Positions 1-9,298 of a stretch of DNA of 28,998 nucleotides are shown in pieces; the stretch's first letter is position 1, and each line of letters starts with the position of its first letter. Location: the NCBI GenBank assembly GCA_030643515.1, contig DAOWLH010000100.1, forward strand, positions 1 to 28,998, written 5' to 3'. Both the position numbers and the translations under genes were made by a program. This DNA comes from Dehalococcoidia bacterium. GTDB taxonomy: Bacteria > Chloroflexota > Dehalococcoidia > Dehalococcoidales > DAOWLH01. The notes beneath the pieces were generated by a model. The model was not told the DNA's origin. It saw only the letters and a program-made list of their open reading frames with translations, and ran no database searches.

Positions 1-33
1 AAGAGAAATGTATTTGGGGTGAGCGGTGTTCAT
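1..33 (-). CDS. 5' end of an unknown gene running off the window (MNTAHPKYISL...)
   Basis: Minus-strand ATG at 33, preceded by CAGGAGA-N7. Only 11 codons are visible and the product cannot be identified. Confidence 0.4.
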   Translation of the reverse strand, partial: MNTAHPKYISL

Positions 34-77
34 CTTATATTCTCCTGCCATAGCTGTAGCAACCCTATTTACCAGGG

Positions 78-155
78 TGTTTAAGAGGGGTGAAGCCCCT
101 CTTTGTCTATCCCTCCCCCTCTCCTTCAAAGGAGAGGGGGGATAAAGGGGGTGAG
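78..155 (+). repeat. REP-like double-hairpin intergenic repeat, copy 1
   Basis: Hairpin A: AAGAGGGG(83-90)/CCCCTCTT(96-103). Hairpin B: TCCCCCTCTCCTT(114-126)/AAGGAGAGGGGGA(129-141). Tail: GGGGATAAAGGGGG. Same architecture as 19466-19546 in the opposite orientation. Confidence 0.8.
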
Positions 156-178
156 GTGGATATTTACTTCCTTAATTT

Positions 179-1657
179 TCACATCTGGCGGAGTTGGGCC
201 AGAGCCTCCCTGATTCTACTCAGGCAGCGCTCCTTGCCCAGCACCGCCATCGTCTGGAAAAGCGGCGGCGCCACCGTCCGGCCGGTGACAGCCACCCTGA
301 GTGTGCCGAAAAGCTGCCCCGTCTTCAGGCCAAGCTCCACGGCCAGTGGCCTGAGAACAGCCTCCAGCTGCTCCTCATCAAAGGAAGCAAGCAGCTCAAG
401 CCTCTCCATAGCCATTGATAGTGCCCATCCGGCTGCCTCCCTGTCCATCTTCTTGCCTACCAGAAGCTCGGTTCCGTATTCAAGCTGTTTGGCAAAGAAA
501 AAGTCGGTAAGCCCCGGTATCTCGGCCAGGGTTCTGGTTCGCTCCTGAATCAGGGGCATTATTCGCCTAACGTAGTCGTCAGATAGAGGCACTTCTCTCG
601 GCAATCCTTCCTCCAGAAAGGGCATAGCTCTTTTTATAAAGTCCTCAGGGCTAAGTTTGCGGATATAGACCCCGTTCATCCACTCCAGCTTTTCCCGGTT
701 GAAGATGGCCGCCGTCTTGCTCACCCGCTCCAGGGAGAAGTTCTTTATTAGCTCCCGGCGCGACATAATTTCCGTCTTGTCGTCCAGTGACCAGCCCAGT
801 AAAGCCAGGAAATTGACCATCGTTTCGGGTAGATAGCCTTTCTCCTTGTACTCGGTGATGGAAACCGCACCGTGCCTCTTGCTCAGCTTGGAGCGGTCGG
901 TGCCCAGCAGCATGGGCAGGTGGGCGAACCGGGGCGGTGTAAAGCCGAGGGCCCGGTAGAGCTGAAGGTGACGGGGAGCGCTGGACAGCCACTCCTCTGC
1001 CCGAAGGACATGGCTAATCTCCATCAGGTGGTCGTCAACCACGCTGGCCAGGTGATAGGTGGGATAGCCATCGGACTTCATCAGGACGAAGTCATCAATA
1101 CGGGCATTTCCAAAGGTGACCTCTCCCCGCACCATATCGGTAAAGGTGGTCTTGCCTTCCGTTGGGAATTTAAAGCGAACAACCGGGTTTTTGTTCTCCA
1201 GCCGACAACTGACAATTTCGCTCTGGCTCAAATCACGGCATCTGCGGTCATAGCCCGGCGGCTGCTTGCGCCTTGCCTGCTCGGCACGCATCTCCGCCAG
1301 GCGCTCGGTAGAGCAGTAGCAGTAATAGGCATCTCCCTGTGCCACCAGTTTCGCAGCAGAAGTACGGTAGTTCTCCAGACGTTGCGACTGATAATAAGGC
1401 CCGTAGCTGCCTCCTGCTCCCGGCCCCTCGTCCCAGTCCATCCCCAGCCACTTAAGACCGTCCAGGATAGCCTCCACCGCTCCCTTAACAGACCGGGCTA
1501 CGTCGGTGTCCTCAATGCGGACGATAAAGCTGCCGCCGTGGTGCCGGGCAAAGAGCCAGTTGAATAAGGCCGTCCTTATGTTACCCACGTGGGGGTATCC
1601 GGTGGGGCTTGGCGCGTAGCGCACACGGACATGGTTTTTCATCTCAGCTTTGCTCAT
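179..1657 (-). CDS. gltX: glutamate--tRNA ligase
   Basis: RVRYAPSPTGYPHVGN (HIGH-like motif), RIEDTD, KLSKRHG (KMSKS-like motif), C-terminal anticodon-binding region. Confidence 0.97.
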   Translation of the reverse strand: MSKAEMKNHVRVRYAPSPTGYPHVGNIRTALFNWLFARHHGGSFIVRIEDTDVARSVKGAVEAILDGLKWLGMDWDEGPGAGGSYGPYYQSQRLENYRTSAAKLVAQGDAYYCYCSTERLAEMRAEQARRKQPPGYDRRCRDLSQSEIVSCRLENKNPVVRFKFPTEGKTTFTDMVRGEVTFGNARIDDFVLMKSDGYPTYHLASVVDDHLMEISHVLRAEEWLSSAPRHLQLYRALGFTPPRFAHLPMLLGTDRSKLSKRHGAVSITEYKEKGYLPETMVNFLALLGWSLDDKTEIMSRRELIKNFSLERVSKTAAIFNREKLEWMNGVYIRKLSPEDFIKRAMPFLEEGLPREVPLSDDYVRRIMPLIQERTRTLAEIPGLTDFFFAKQLEYGTELLVGKKMDREAAGWALSMAMERLELLASFDEEQLEAVLRPLAVELGLKTGQLFGTLRVAVTGRTVAPPLFQTMAVLGKERCLSRIREALAQLRQM

Positions 1658-1663
1658 TGGGTT

Positions 1664-1669
1664 ATTATA
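1664..1669 (-). promoter_or_regulatory. -10 box of a probably leaderless gltX transcript
   Basis: TATAAT lies 6 nt upstream of the ATG at 1657, with no SD in between. Confidence 0.55.
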
Positions 1670-2581
1670 TTACCTTACCGGCTTATTTTCTATCGCCTTT
1701 AGTGCTTGCTCCAAATCCGCCTGAAGCTCCGAGACAAACTCAACATTCTCACCACTGGATGGCAGCTTGAAGCCCAGCCTGTGGGCATGGATAAACTGCC
1801 GCGACAGAAAGTCTGTTTTTCCTCCATAGGTAGCGTCGCCTGCTACCGGGTGTCCAATAGCCGCCAGGTGAACCCGTATTTGGTGAGTACGTCCGGTCTC
1901 CGGCTTAACTTCAAGCAGCGTGTAGCCGCCGATGTACCTGACAACCTGATATTCAGTGCGCGCCGCCCGCCCTCCAGCTACCACTGCCATTTTCTTGCGG
2001 TTTCGCGGATGCCGCCCTATAGGGGCATCGACGAATCCCCTATCGGGATACAGTACCCCCCTGACCAGCACCAGATAAGTCTTGGCCACAGTTCGAGACT
2101 TGAACTGGTCGGCCAGCTTGCCAAGAGACGCCTGGTTCTTGGCTACCAGTATCAGCCCGGAGGTGTCTTTGTCCAGCCGGTGCACTATGCCGGGCCGCAC
2201 CCAATCATCACCAAAGGGTAAATCAGGTAATCTGGCAAGAACGGCGTTAACCAGGGTATGACTGCGATGTCCCGGTGCCGGGTGGACGATCATACCCGCT
2301 GGCTTATCGATAACCAGCAGGTCATTGTCCTCATAGAGTATATTTATCGGAATATCTTCCGGTTCCAGCAAACTCGGCTCGGCAGGCGGTATTATCACTT
2401 TCAAACGGTCACCGGCAATAAGCTTCAGGCTGGCCTTGGCCACCCGGTCATTTACGGTGACAAATCCGCCGTCAATCAATTTCTTGGCCAATGTCCGTGA
2501 AGTTCCCGAAACCTCTTCAGCGATAAAGACGTCAAGGCGGACACCTGTTTTGGCCGCCACCAGGTCCACTACCTTATCCAT
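1670..2581 (-). CDS. rluD: RluA/RluD-family pseudouridine synthase with N-terminal S4 domain
   Basis: RLDVF S4 start, DKPAGMIVHP, GIVHRLDKDTSGL, TGRTHQIRVH. Start placed at MDKVV (2581) behind AAGGAG/GGTG; the exact start is uncertain. Confidence 0.92.
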   Translation of the reverse strand: MDKVVDLVAAKTGVRLDVFIAEEVSGTSRTLAKKLIDGGFVTVNDRVAKASLKLIAGDRLKVIIPPAEPSLLEPEDIPINILYEDNDLLVIDKPAGMIVHPAPGHRSHTLVNAVLARLPDLPFGDDWVRPGIVHRLDKDTSGLILVAKNQASLGKLADQFKSRTVAKTYLVLVRGVLYPDRGFVDAPIGRHPRNRKKMAVVAGGRAARTEYQVVRYIGGYTLLEVKPETGRTHQIRVHLAAIGHPVAGDATYGGKTDFLSRQFIHAHRLGFKLPSSGENVEFVSELQADLEQALKAIENKPVR

Positions 2582-2588
2582 ACCAGCA

Positions 2589-3074
2589 TCACCGCTCCTT
2601 AATGAGCAGGAAAGCCAGCAGTAGGGCACCGACGACTACTGACGAATCAGCAACATTGAAATTCGGCCAGATACCAATATCGATAAAGTCGGTGACATGG
2701 CCTACCCTCAATCGGTCAATCAGATTGCCCACGGTGCCACCGAGGATTAGGCCCATCGCCAGCTTTCCCGGCGTGTTGCTTAACAAATGGACACGGCCAT
2801 GCAGAAATATTATCAAAAAAAGCAGAAGGCAAATGCCAACGATAGCAAACGCTGTCCACAAACCAGGCAGGTCGGGAAATAAACCAAAGGCAACCCCGGT
2901 ATTGTGGCTACGGGTTAAGCGAAAAAAACCGGTTTCAGGCACCGACTGGCCAACGCCAAGGTAGGACCTTATCAAGAGCTTGCTAAGCTGGTCAGCCGCC
3001 ACCACCACCAGGGCAGTGATAAAAGAAACCGGATTACGATGCCAGAAACCAAAAAGGTTACTTAGCTTTTGCAT
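2589..3074 (-). CDS. lspA: lipoprotein signal peptidase II
   Basis: DQLSK, HNTGVAFG, GNLIDR and FNVADS motifs; hydrophobic segments. Confidence 0.93.
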   Translation of the reverse strand: MQKLSNLFGFWHRNPVSFITALVVVAADQLSKLLIRSYLGVGQSVPETGFFRLTRSHNTGVAFGLFPDLPGLWTAFAIVGICLLLFLIIFLHGRVHLLSNTPGKLAMGLILGGTVGNLIDRLRVGHVTDFIDIGIWPNFNVADSSVVVGALLLAFLLIKER

Positions 3075-3423
3075 TCTTTGTCTTGGTGGCACAGCTCATA
3101 CATAATTTGGCCTGAGGTAGTGCCTCCAACCGGGCCGGTGCTATGGCCTGTCCGCACAGTTCGCATAATCCATATCGTCCTTCATCAAACTTCCTGAGTG
3201 CGTTGTCCACCTCGGCCATCTGTTCCAGTATGCGCTTCTCCAGCGCCATTCGATTCTCTAACTCAGCAGTCTCGGTGGCTTCTTCTTCTCTTTTACCAAA
3301 GGGGCTACCCTCACGCCTCTCAGTTGTTTGCTGGCTGGCTCTTATCTGCTCCAGACGCTCCACCAGACGCTTGCGGTCATTTTCCAGACGAAGGCGTATT
3401 ATCTTAAAATTTGTCGTGGTCAC
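3058..3423 (-). CDS. DksA/TraR C4-type zinc finger protein
   Basis: Coiled coil followed by CELC...RLEALPQAKLCMSC. GTG start at 3423 behind GGAGG. The dksA-like/lspA/rluD order resembles B. subtilis ylyA-lspA-ylyB. Confidence 0.88.
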   Translation of the reverse strand: MTTTNFKIIRLRLENDRKRLVERLEQIRASQQTTERREGSPFGKREEEATETAELENRMALEKRILEQMAEVDNALRKFDEGRYGLCELCGQAIAPARLEALPQAKLCMSCATKTKNAKAK

Positions 3424-3747
3424 TTGCTGATTTCCTCCATTTAACCATCCTATCAACTAACCTGTGCCTGTGAATCTTTTGAAAAGCTGAGAGTAGGTTT
3501 AATTCCTGTGATGACTGTCTTGAATAAGACGGTGTTACCGGTCTACCAGATGGGCGACTCTGGCGCCAGCCTACTGGCATACAGTATCTTGAGCTGGCCT
3601 AGCCAGCCTTTGATTCCAATAAAGCTCCCTTCAGCGCAGCCGATAGTCATGACTATAGCCTTAGTGTATCCTATTTGAGCCATATAATCAATACCCCAAC
3701 TGATTTTATAGCAAATTATTTACGAGGCCTCACTCCTGCGGTAGTTA

Positions 3748-3777
3748 TTGCTCCAGGCTATTAAAATAGCTTATAAT
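3748..3777 (+). promoter_or_regulatory. sigma70-like promoter of pyrD
   Basis: TTGCTC(3748-3753)-18 nt-TATAAT(3772-3777). The spacer contains the inverted repeat GCTATT-aa-AATAGC (3757-3770). Confidence 0.45.
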
Positions 3778-3799
3778 CATGGATATCACTGCAGGACCT

Positions 3800-4753
3800 A
3801 TGAACCTTTCAGTTCAGTTAGCACCACAGAACAGGAACGGGCTGCTCTTAGCTAACCCGGTAATGACAGCTTCGGGCACTTTTGGCTATGGTACCGAGCC
3901 AGGCCAAATATCCGATGTTCAAAGGCTGGGGGCTATTGTCTGCAAGGGAACCACCCTGGAAGCACGGGACGGCAACACTCAACCGCGCCTGTTTGAGACA
4001 GCAAGCGGCCTGCTGAACTCCATCGGGTTGCAGAATATAGGCGTCGAGGCGTTAATCAGGGAGAAAGCACCAATCTGGGCCGGGTGGCAGGTACCAGTCA
4101 TCGTCAACATCGCCGGAAAGACCGTTGATGACTACGCCAAACTGGCCGGCATGCTGGATGGAGTAGCCGGAATAAGCGCGTTGGAGGTGAACATCAGCTG
4201 CCCCAATATCAAGGCCGGAGGCGCTGAGTTCGGGGTCGATGCCCGTTCGGCGGCAAGCGTAACCAGCGCCGTCAGAGAGACCACTACCCTGCCGGTACTG
4301 GTCAAGCTAACCCCCAACACCGGCAACATAGCCGAGATAGCCGTCGCCGTTGCTGAAGCCGGAGCTGATGCCATCTCACTGATAAACACATTAAAAGGCA
4401 TGGCCATAGACACGGACAAGCGGTTACCACTGCTGGGCAGTATCACCGGGGGCTTATCCGGGCCGGCCATCAAGCCGGTGGCGCTGGCCATGGTCTACGA
4501 AGTAGCAGGAGCAGTGGACGTGCCAATCGTCGGTTGTGGCGGCATTACCACCGCCGGCGACGCCATCGAGTTCATCATGGCCGGTGCCAGCGCCATCCAG
4601 GTGGGGACAGCTACCTTCACCAACCCCCACGCCCCCATCGATATACTGGAGGGCATAACGAATTTCATGGTCGAACGAGGAATCGAAGACACCGCACAAC
4701 TCATCGGTGCCGCCCGTCGCGAGCCAGAAGGCCATCCAGACCTCCCAGATTAA
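3800..4753 (+). CDS. pyrD: dihydroorotate dehydrogenase family 1B, catalytic subunit
   Basis: NPVMTASGTFG, GNTQPRL, LLNSIGLQN, EVNISCPN, KLTPN, GGLSGPAIKP, GCGGI. Start moved to MNLSV (3800) behind AGGA. Confidence 0.95.
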   Translation: MNLSVQLAPQNRNGLLLANPVMTASGTFGYGTEPGQISDVQRLGAIVCKGTTLEARDGNTQPRLFETASGLLNSIGLQNIGVEALIREKAPIWAGWQVPVIVNIAGKTVDDYAKLAGMLDGVAGISALEVNISCPNIKAGGAEFGVDARSAASVTSAVRETTTLPVLVKLTPNTGNIAEIAVAVAEAGADAISLINTLKGMAIDTDKRLPLLGSITGGLSGPAIKPVALAMVYEVAGAVDVPIVGCGGITTAGDAIEFIMAGASAIQVGTATFTNPHAPIDILEGITNFMVERGIEDTAQLIGAARREPEGHPDLPD

Positions 4754-4770
4754 AAAAGGACTGACAAAAG

Positions 4771-6339
4771 GTGGCTATTAAGGGAAGCCTATCAATTCTG
4801 CCCCTCGTTCTCTCTTTATTAGCCTGGGGTCTCCTGGGCTGCAGCCAGCCGCAGCCGGAAGTAGTGTCCAACCGCAGCGAGCCTTTCCCCAAGATAGATG
4901 AATATATCCAGCAGCAGATGGAGTATGGGGACATCCCCGGCCTGTCGGTAGCCATAGTTCAGCACGGCGAGATTCTTTATCTCAAGGGGTTCGGTGTCAC
5001 CAGCCTTAGCAACCCTTCGCCGGTGACCCCTCAGACGGTCTTTGACCTGGCATCGATAAGCAAGTCATTCACCGCTCTCGGAGTGATGCTGCTGGCCAAC
5101 GAAGGTCTTATTGACCTGGATACCACCGTGCAGCACTATCTGGCCGACTTCCAGCCAGACGACCCGCGAGCATCACAAATCACCGTACGCCAGCTACTCA
5201 ACCAGACCAGCGGTTTGCCGGGAACCTTCTCCGAGCCTCTAATCTATTATCAGGGCAGCGATGCCATGAGGAAGATGCTGGCTGCCGTAAACCGTGTGCA
5301 CTTAAACCAGGAGCCGGGTTTGTCTTTTGAATATGCCAATATTAACTATGCTATCCTGGGGGCACTGGTAGAGAGATTATCGGGGGTCACCTTTGAAGAC
5401 TACATGCAACAAGAAGTCTTCACGCCGATGGGGATGACCAGTACCACCCTCTATCCCGAGGAAGCGGCCAAATTAGAGCGGGCTGACGGCCACCAGCCCA
5501 TGTTTGGCCAGGTAGTTGCCCGCAACATCCCCTATTTCAGGAGCGCCTCGCCCGTCGGCTGGGTGATGTCCAGTGCCGAGGACATGGTCCGCTGGCTCAC
5601 CATGCTTCTAAATAAGGGAGGCATAGACCAGAGACAAATCTTCCCGGCAGCTGTAATTTCGGAGATGCAAACCCCGGCAGCCACCTTTGTAGAAAATGAC
5701 CAGGTTTTAAGCTACGGCATTGGTTTATACATAAAGCAGGAGCCTGACCTCACGCCAATAATCTGGCACGGCGGCGATACGCCTAACTTCCTGAGTGATA
5801 TGCTCCTCATTCCTGATCAGCAGTTTGGCGTGGTGGTTTTAACAAACAGTCAGGCAACCACCATAGGCCATAATATCGCCCCAGGAGTAGCCAATCTTAT
5901 TCTGGGGCTGGAATTGAAAATGGGAAATATCCCCTGGTGGGCACACTGGGAAGCCATTGACAACATAGCCACCGGGGCACTGAGCTTTATAACTTTACTT
6001 GCGCTTGGCGGTGTCGGTTACGGCTGGTACATCTGGCGCCAGTTCAGAAATAAAAACCGGCATTTCATCGGTTCTGCTCAGGCGGGTGCCATGCCGCCGG
6101 CCTGGCAGGCGGCTCTCAATATGACGCCCCTAGCAATTTTCATCCTGTTTGCCCTGGCCGGCTATCTGGTGCTACATACTCTGTACGGATATAACCTGTA
6201 TGAAGTGCTTGTTCTGTTTCAGGCAGGATCACCGCCGGGCATCTATATCGTCGGGGTAGCCCTTGTCCTCGTCGTCTTTCTGTGGGCGTTGCTGCTGGCC
6301 TTTATCACCCTGTTTACACGCAGCAGCAAGACAACCTAG
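4771..6339 (+). CDS. beta-lactamase-family (AmpC-like) serine hydrolase; predicted lipoprotein with C-terminal transmembrane helices
   Basis: Lipobox LLGC; FDLASISKSFT (SxxK), YANINY (YxN), WHGG; hydrophobic C-terminal segments. Confidence 0.85.
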   Translation: MAIKGSLSILPLVLSLLAWGLLGCSQPQPEVVSNRSEPFPKIDEYIQQQMEYGDIPGLSVAIVQHGEILYLKGFGVTSLSNPSPVTPQTVFDLASISKSFTALGVMLLANEGLIDLDTTVQHYLADFQPDDPRASQITVRQLLNQTSGLPGTFSEPLIYYQGSDAMRKMLAAVNRVHLNQEPGLSFEYANINYAILGALVERLSGVTFEDYMQQEVFTPMGMTSTTLYPEEAAKLERADGHQPMFGQVVARNIPYFRSASPVGWVMSSAEDMVRWLTMLLNKGGIDQRQIFPAAVISEMQTPAATFVENDQVLSYGIGLYIKQEPDLTPIIWHGGDTPNFLSDMLLIPDQQFGVVVLTNSQATTIGHNIAPGVANLILGLELKMGNIPWWAHWEAIDNIATGALSFITLLALGGVGYGWYIWRQFRNKNRHFIGSAQAGAMPPAWQAALNMTPLAIFILFALAGYLVLHTLYGYNLYEVLVLFQAGSPPGIYIVGVALVLVVFLWALLLAFITLFTRSSKTT

Positions 6340-6905
6340 TCCTCTACCAGCTTCTGTCCGGCCAGACAGGCACTCTTTAGAGCATCAAGATGCCTGGCGA
6401 TGGCACCCTTCTCATCGATACCGGGGAAAACCAGTTCGCCGGCGTAGCCTACATCCAGACTGGTGAAGAGAGCCTTTACCGTTGTTATTGCCGGTTTGAA
6501 GTCCGCCGTTTTGAGTCCACCTACCCCGATAAATATCCCTTTTCGCCTCCTTAAATCTCCTAACGGCGGCCTTTGTAATCGATACTTACGTGCCCACAAA
6601 GCCTGACAGCGGTCTATCATGGCCTTCATCTGGGCAGTTATCCCCATGAAAAACAGTGGTGATGCCAGTATCAGCCGGTCAGCCCCCTCCATCTCCCGAT
6701 AGACATGGTGCATGTCGTCATCAAGGCTACAGTCACCGGTCTCCAGACAATCATCACAATGCCGACAAGGGGCGATATCGAGGTCGCAAACATTAATTGT
6801 TTTGACCCCGGCCCCCTTGCCGGCGGCACATTTCAGCGCTTCAGCCAGCAGCAAGCCCGTGTTGCCACCCCGCCTTGGGCTACCGGCAATGCCAAGCACC
6901 CTCAT
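6336..6905 (-). CDS. iron-sulfur flavoprotein / NAD(P)H-dependent FMN reductase family
   Basis: GSPRRGGNT FMN loop, CRHCDDC...C cluster motif, ASPLFF...KAMIDR. Start overlaps the ybeY stop (ATGA). Confidence 0.88.
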   Translation of the reverse strand: MRVLGIAGSPRRGGNTGLLLAEALKCAAGKGAGVKTINVCDLDIAPCRHCDDCLETGDCSLDDDMHHVYREMEGADRLILASPLFFMGITAQMKAMIDRCQALWARKYRLQRPPLGDLRRRKGIFIGVGGLKTADFKPAITTVKALFTSLDVGYAGELVFPGIDEKGAIARHLDALKSACLAGQKLVED

Positions 6906-7378
6906 CGCCTTTTGCCCTCCACACAGTTTAGAATGGCAATCTCCCTGGATTTCATATTTTGTGCTGCTTCCGGTTCATCGTGGTCATATCCCAGCAGGTG
7001 AAGCGTTCCGTGAATGATGAGAACGGCAATCTCTTTTTCTATCGGATGCCGGTGCTCCCTGGCCTGCTCAACTGCCCGAGGATAATTTATAATAACCTCG
7101 CCCAGGTGATTGATACCATCGGGCGGAGTGGCAAAAAATAACTCCCCATCGCCAGAAGAACCAGGCAACATGGCAAAGGCGAGGACATCGGTGGGCTCAT
7201 CCTTGCCCAGGTAGGCTTTGTTCAACTCCCGTATCTTCTCCTCGCCGGTGATTACCACGCCCATTTCCACCCCGGGATCAACACCCTGTGCGACCAGGAC
7301 TGCTTCCGCTATACTTCTCAACCAGCCGGTATCAAGATTATTCTCAAATTCCGGCTCCAGCAGAACACCAATCTCCAT
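6902..7378 (-). CDS. ybeY: rRNA maturation endoribonuclease YbeY
   Basis: LNKAYLGKDEPTDVLAF, LGEVII, IHGTLHLLGYDH metal-binding motif. Confidence 0.95.
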   Translation of the reverse strand: MEIGVLLEPEFENNLDTGWLRSIAEAVLVAQGVDPGVEMGVVITGEEKIRELNKAYLGKDEPTDVLAFAMLPGSSGDGELFFATPPDGINHLGEVIINYPRAVEQAREHRHPIEKEIAVLIIHGTLHLLGYDHDEPEAAQNMKSREIAILNCVEGKRR

Positions 7379-7484
7379 ACCGGCCAATCATAGCACAGAG
7401 ACTTAAGCAGCCTCAAACAGCTTTGAGCAAAGCAGGGCATTGTGCTATAGTTAAGCCGAATACAGTCGTTAAACCGCCGGCATG

Positions 7485-7576
7485 GGAGGGATCGCATAGT
7501 GGTCTAGTGCGGGCGCCTGCTAAGCGCTTACCCTGGGAAACCGGGGTCGAGGGTTCGAATCCCTCTCCCTCCGCCA
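7485..7576 (+). tRNA. tRNA-Ser(GCT)
   Basis: Acceptor stem GGAGGGA/TCCCTCC, discriminator G, encoded CCA. Anticodon GCT at 7519-7521, long variable arm, GGTTCGAATCC T-loop; 92 nt. Confidence 0.97.
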
Positions 7577-7630
7577 CATTGTGAATAATTGTCCCTTGGA
7601 CAAGAGGCTGCGTTTTCAAAAAGCAGAATT

Positions 7631-8875
7631 ATGCCCAATTACTACATATGGACCATCGGCTGCCAGATGAACAAGGCGGAGTCGGAGCGTCTTGGCAGCC
7701 TGTTCGAGCAGTTTGGTTACCAGGCCACCGCCACTCCCGAAGAGGCCGACCTGATTGTGCTCAACAGCTGCGTCGTGCGCCGCAGTGCCGAGGACAGGGT
7801 GATCAACAAGCTTTGTAACCTCCGCCCGCTAAAACAACGACGCCCCTCTCTAAAAGTGGCGCTAACCGGCTGCCTGGTCAACTCCGATCTCAAGGGGCTA
7901 AAGCGGCGATTTCCTTATATTGACTTCTTCTTCAAGCCCGGCGACCAGCCAGGCTGGCTCACTCACCCGGAGCCAATCAGCATATTACCCCGGCAGCCAC
8001 AGGTGAGCACCTTCGTGCCCATCATTCAGGGGTGTGACAACTTCTGCTCTTACTGCATTGTCCCTTACCGGCGTGGCCGGGAGAAGAGCCGCCCTCTGCC
8101 TGAAATAGTCTGTGAGGTAAGGGAACTGGTGCGGCGGAGAGTAAAAGAGGTGGTCCTGCTGGGGCAAAACGTGGACTCCTACGGTCACGACCTGCCGAAC
8201 AAACCCGACCTTGCCCGACTGCTCTACGAGCTAAACGAGATAGGCGGCCTGGCCCGCATCAGGTTTCTGACCAACCATCCCAAGGACTTAAGCCAGCGGC
8301 TTATTGAGGCGATAGCCTCCCTGGATAAGGTCTGCGAGCAGATTAACCTGCCTGTCCAATCAGGTGACAACCAGATTCTGGGGAGTATGAGGCGAGGCTA
8401 CACGGTGGAGAACTACCGGCAACTGGTCGCCCGGCTGCGCCGCCACGTGCCCCGGATATCCCTGAGCACCGATATAATCGTCGGCTTCCCGGGGGAGAGC
8501 GAGAAGCAGTTTCAGGCTACGGCCAGTCTGCTTTGTGAATTGAGGTTTGACAGCGTCCATATCGCCGCCTACTCGCCGAGGCCGGAGACCATCGCCGCCC
8601 GCCAGTTCGAGGACGACATCCCCGATGAAGAAAAGGAAAGGCGGCGGCAACTGGTGGAAAAGCTCCAGGAAAATATCGCCACCGAAATAAACGCCAATCT
8701 GCTTGGGAAGACGGTTGAAGTCCTGGTGGAAGACCGCAAAGGAAATAAGTGGCACGGAAGAAGCCGAAATGGTAAACTGGTGTTCTTCGTGAGTGACGAT
8801 AACCTGCTGGGACGGCTGGTGCCACTAAGAATAGATAAAACCAGCCCCTGGTCACTTCAGGGTAAAATTGAATAA
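7631..8875 (+). CDS. miaB: tRNA-2-methylthio-N6-dimethylallyladenosine synthase
   Basis: TIGCQMN, LNSCVVR...A, LTGC, radical SAM GCDNFCSYC...RGREKSR, C-terminal TRAM domain. Confidence 0.92.
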   Translation: MPNYYIWTIGCQMNKAESERLGSLFEQFGYQATATPEEADLIVLNSCVVRRSAEDRVINKLCNLRPLKQRRPSLKVALTGCLVNSDLKGLKRRFPYIDFFFKPGDQPGWLTHPEPISILPRQPQVSTFVPIIQGCDNFCSYCIVPYRRGREKSRPLPEIVCEVRELVRRRVKEVVLLGQNVDSYGHDLPNKPDLARLLYELNEIGGLARIRFLTNHPKDLSQRLIEAIASLDKVCEQINLPVQSGDNQILGSMRRGYTVENYRQLVARLRRHVPRISLSTDIIVGFPGESEKQFQATASLLCELRFDSVHIAAYSPRPETIAARQFEDDIPDEEKERRRQLVEKLQENIATEINANLLGKTVEVLVEDRKGNKWHGRSRNGKLVFFVSDDNLLGRLVPLRIDKTSPWSLQGKIE

Positions 8876-8896
8876 GCCCGGATTTAAGGAGGCATA

Positions 8897-9262
8897 ATGA
8901 AAAAAACAACAGCCTTGATAAGCGTGCTGCTGGCTGTGCTCCTTATCGGCGCAGTAGCTCTCGGCGGCTGCACCGCTGCCGATGGCACCGACCCCACCAG
9001 CCTGTGGACCATGGTCATTTTTTTAGTACTTCTATTTGCCGTCTTTTGGTTCCTCATTATTCGGCCACAGCGCAAAAGGCAGCAGGATCAGAAGGACCTT
9101 CTTTCAAACCTGAGGCCGGGAGACAAAGTGGTCACCATAGGCGGGATTTACGGCCAGGTTGAAAGCCTCAGCGAGACCAGCATCATCCTCAAGGTAGAAT
9201 CAGGGACAATGATACGCCTAGCCCGCCGCAGCATCGCTTATAAGCAGGACCAGATGGTATAG
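8897..9262 (+). CDS. yajC: preprotein translocase subunit YajC
   Basis: FWFLIIRPQRKRQ...LRPGDKVVTIGGIYG; strong SD AAGGAGG. Confidence 0.92.
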   Translation: MKKTTALISVLLAVLLIGAVALGGCTAADGTDPTSLWTMVIFLVLLFAVFWFLIIRPQRKRQQDQKDLLSNLRPGDKVVTIGGIYGQVESLSETSIILKVESGTMIRLARRSIAYKQDQMV

Positions 9263-9298
9263 CAGTCTTCTCCATATCACCACCCTGGAGGTGGCTTC

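Noticed and set aside
90-548. 152-aa plus-strand ORF and similar ORFs containing SPSPS..GEGDKG
   Set aside because: Translation of the palindromic repeat plus the antisense strand of gltX; spurious.
3543-3683. 46-codon minus-strand ORF (MAQIGYTKAIVM...) upstream of the dksA-like gene
   Set aside because: No clear SD and no recognisable motif; a short ORF like this is expected by chance.
9260-9262. Pyrrolysine or amber read-through fusing yajC to nadB
   Set aside because: A strong SD sits correctly for ATT 9299, the intervening peptide looks like non-coding spacer, and no pyl genes are in view.
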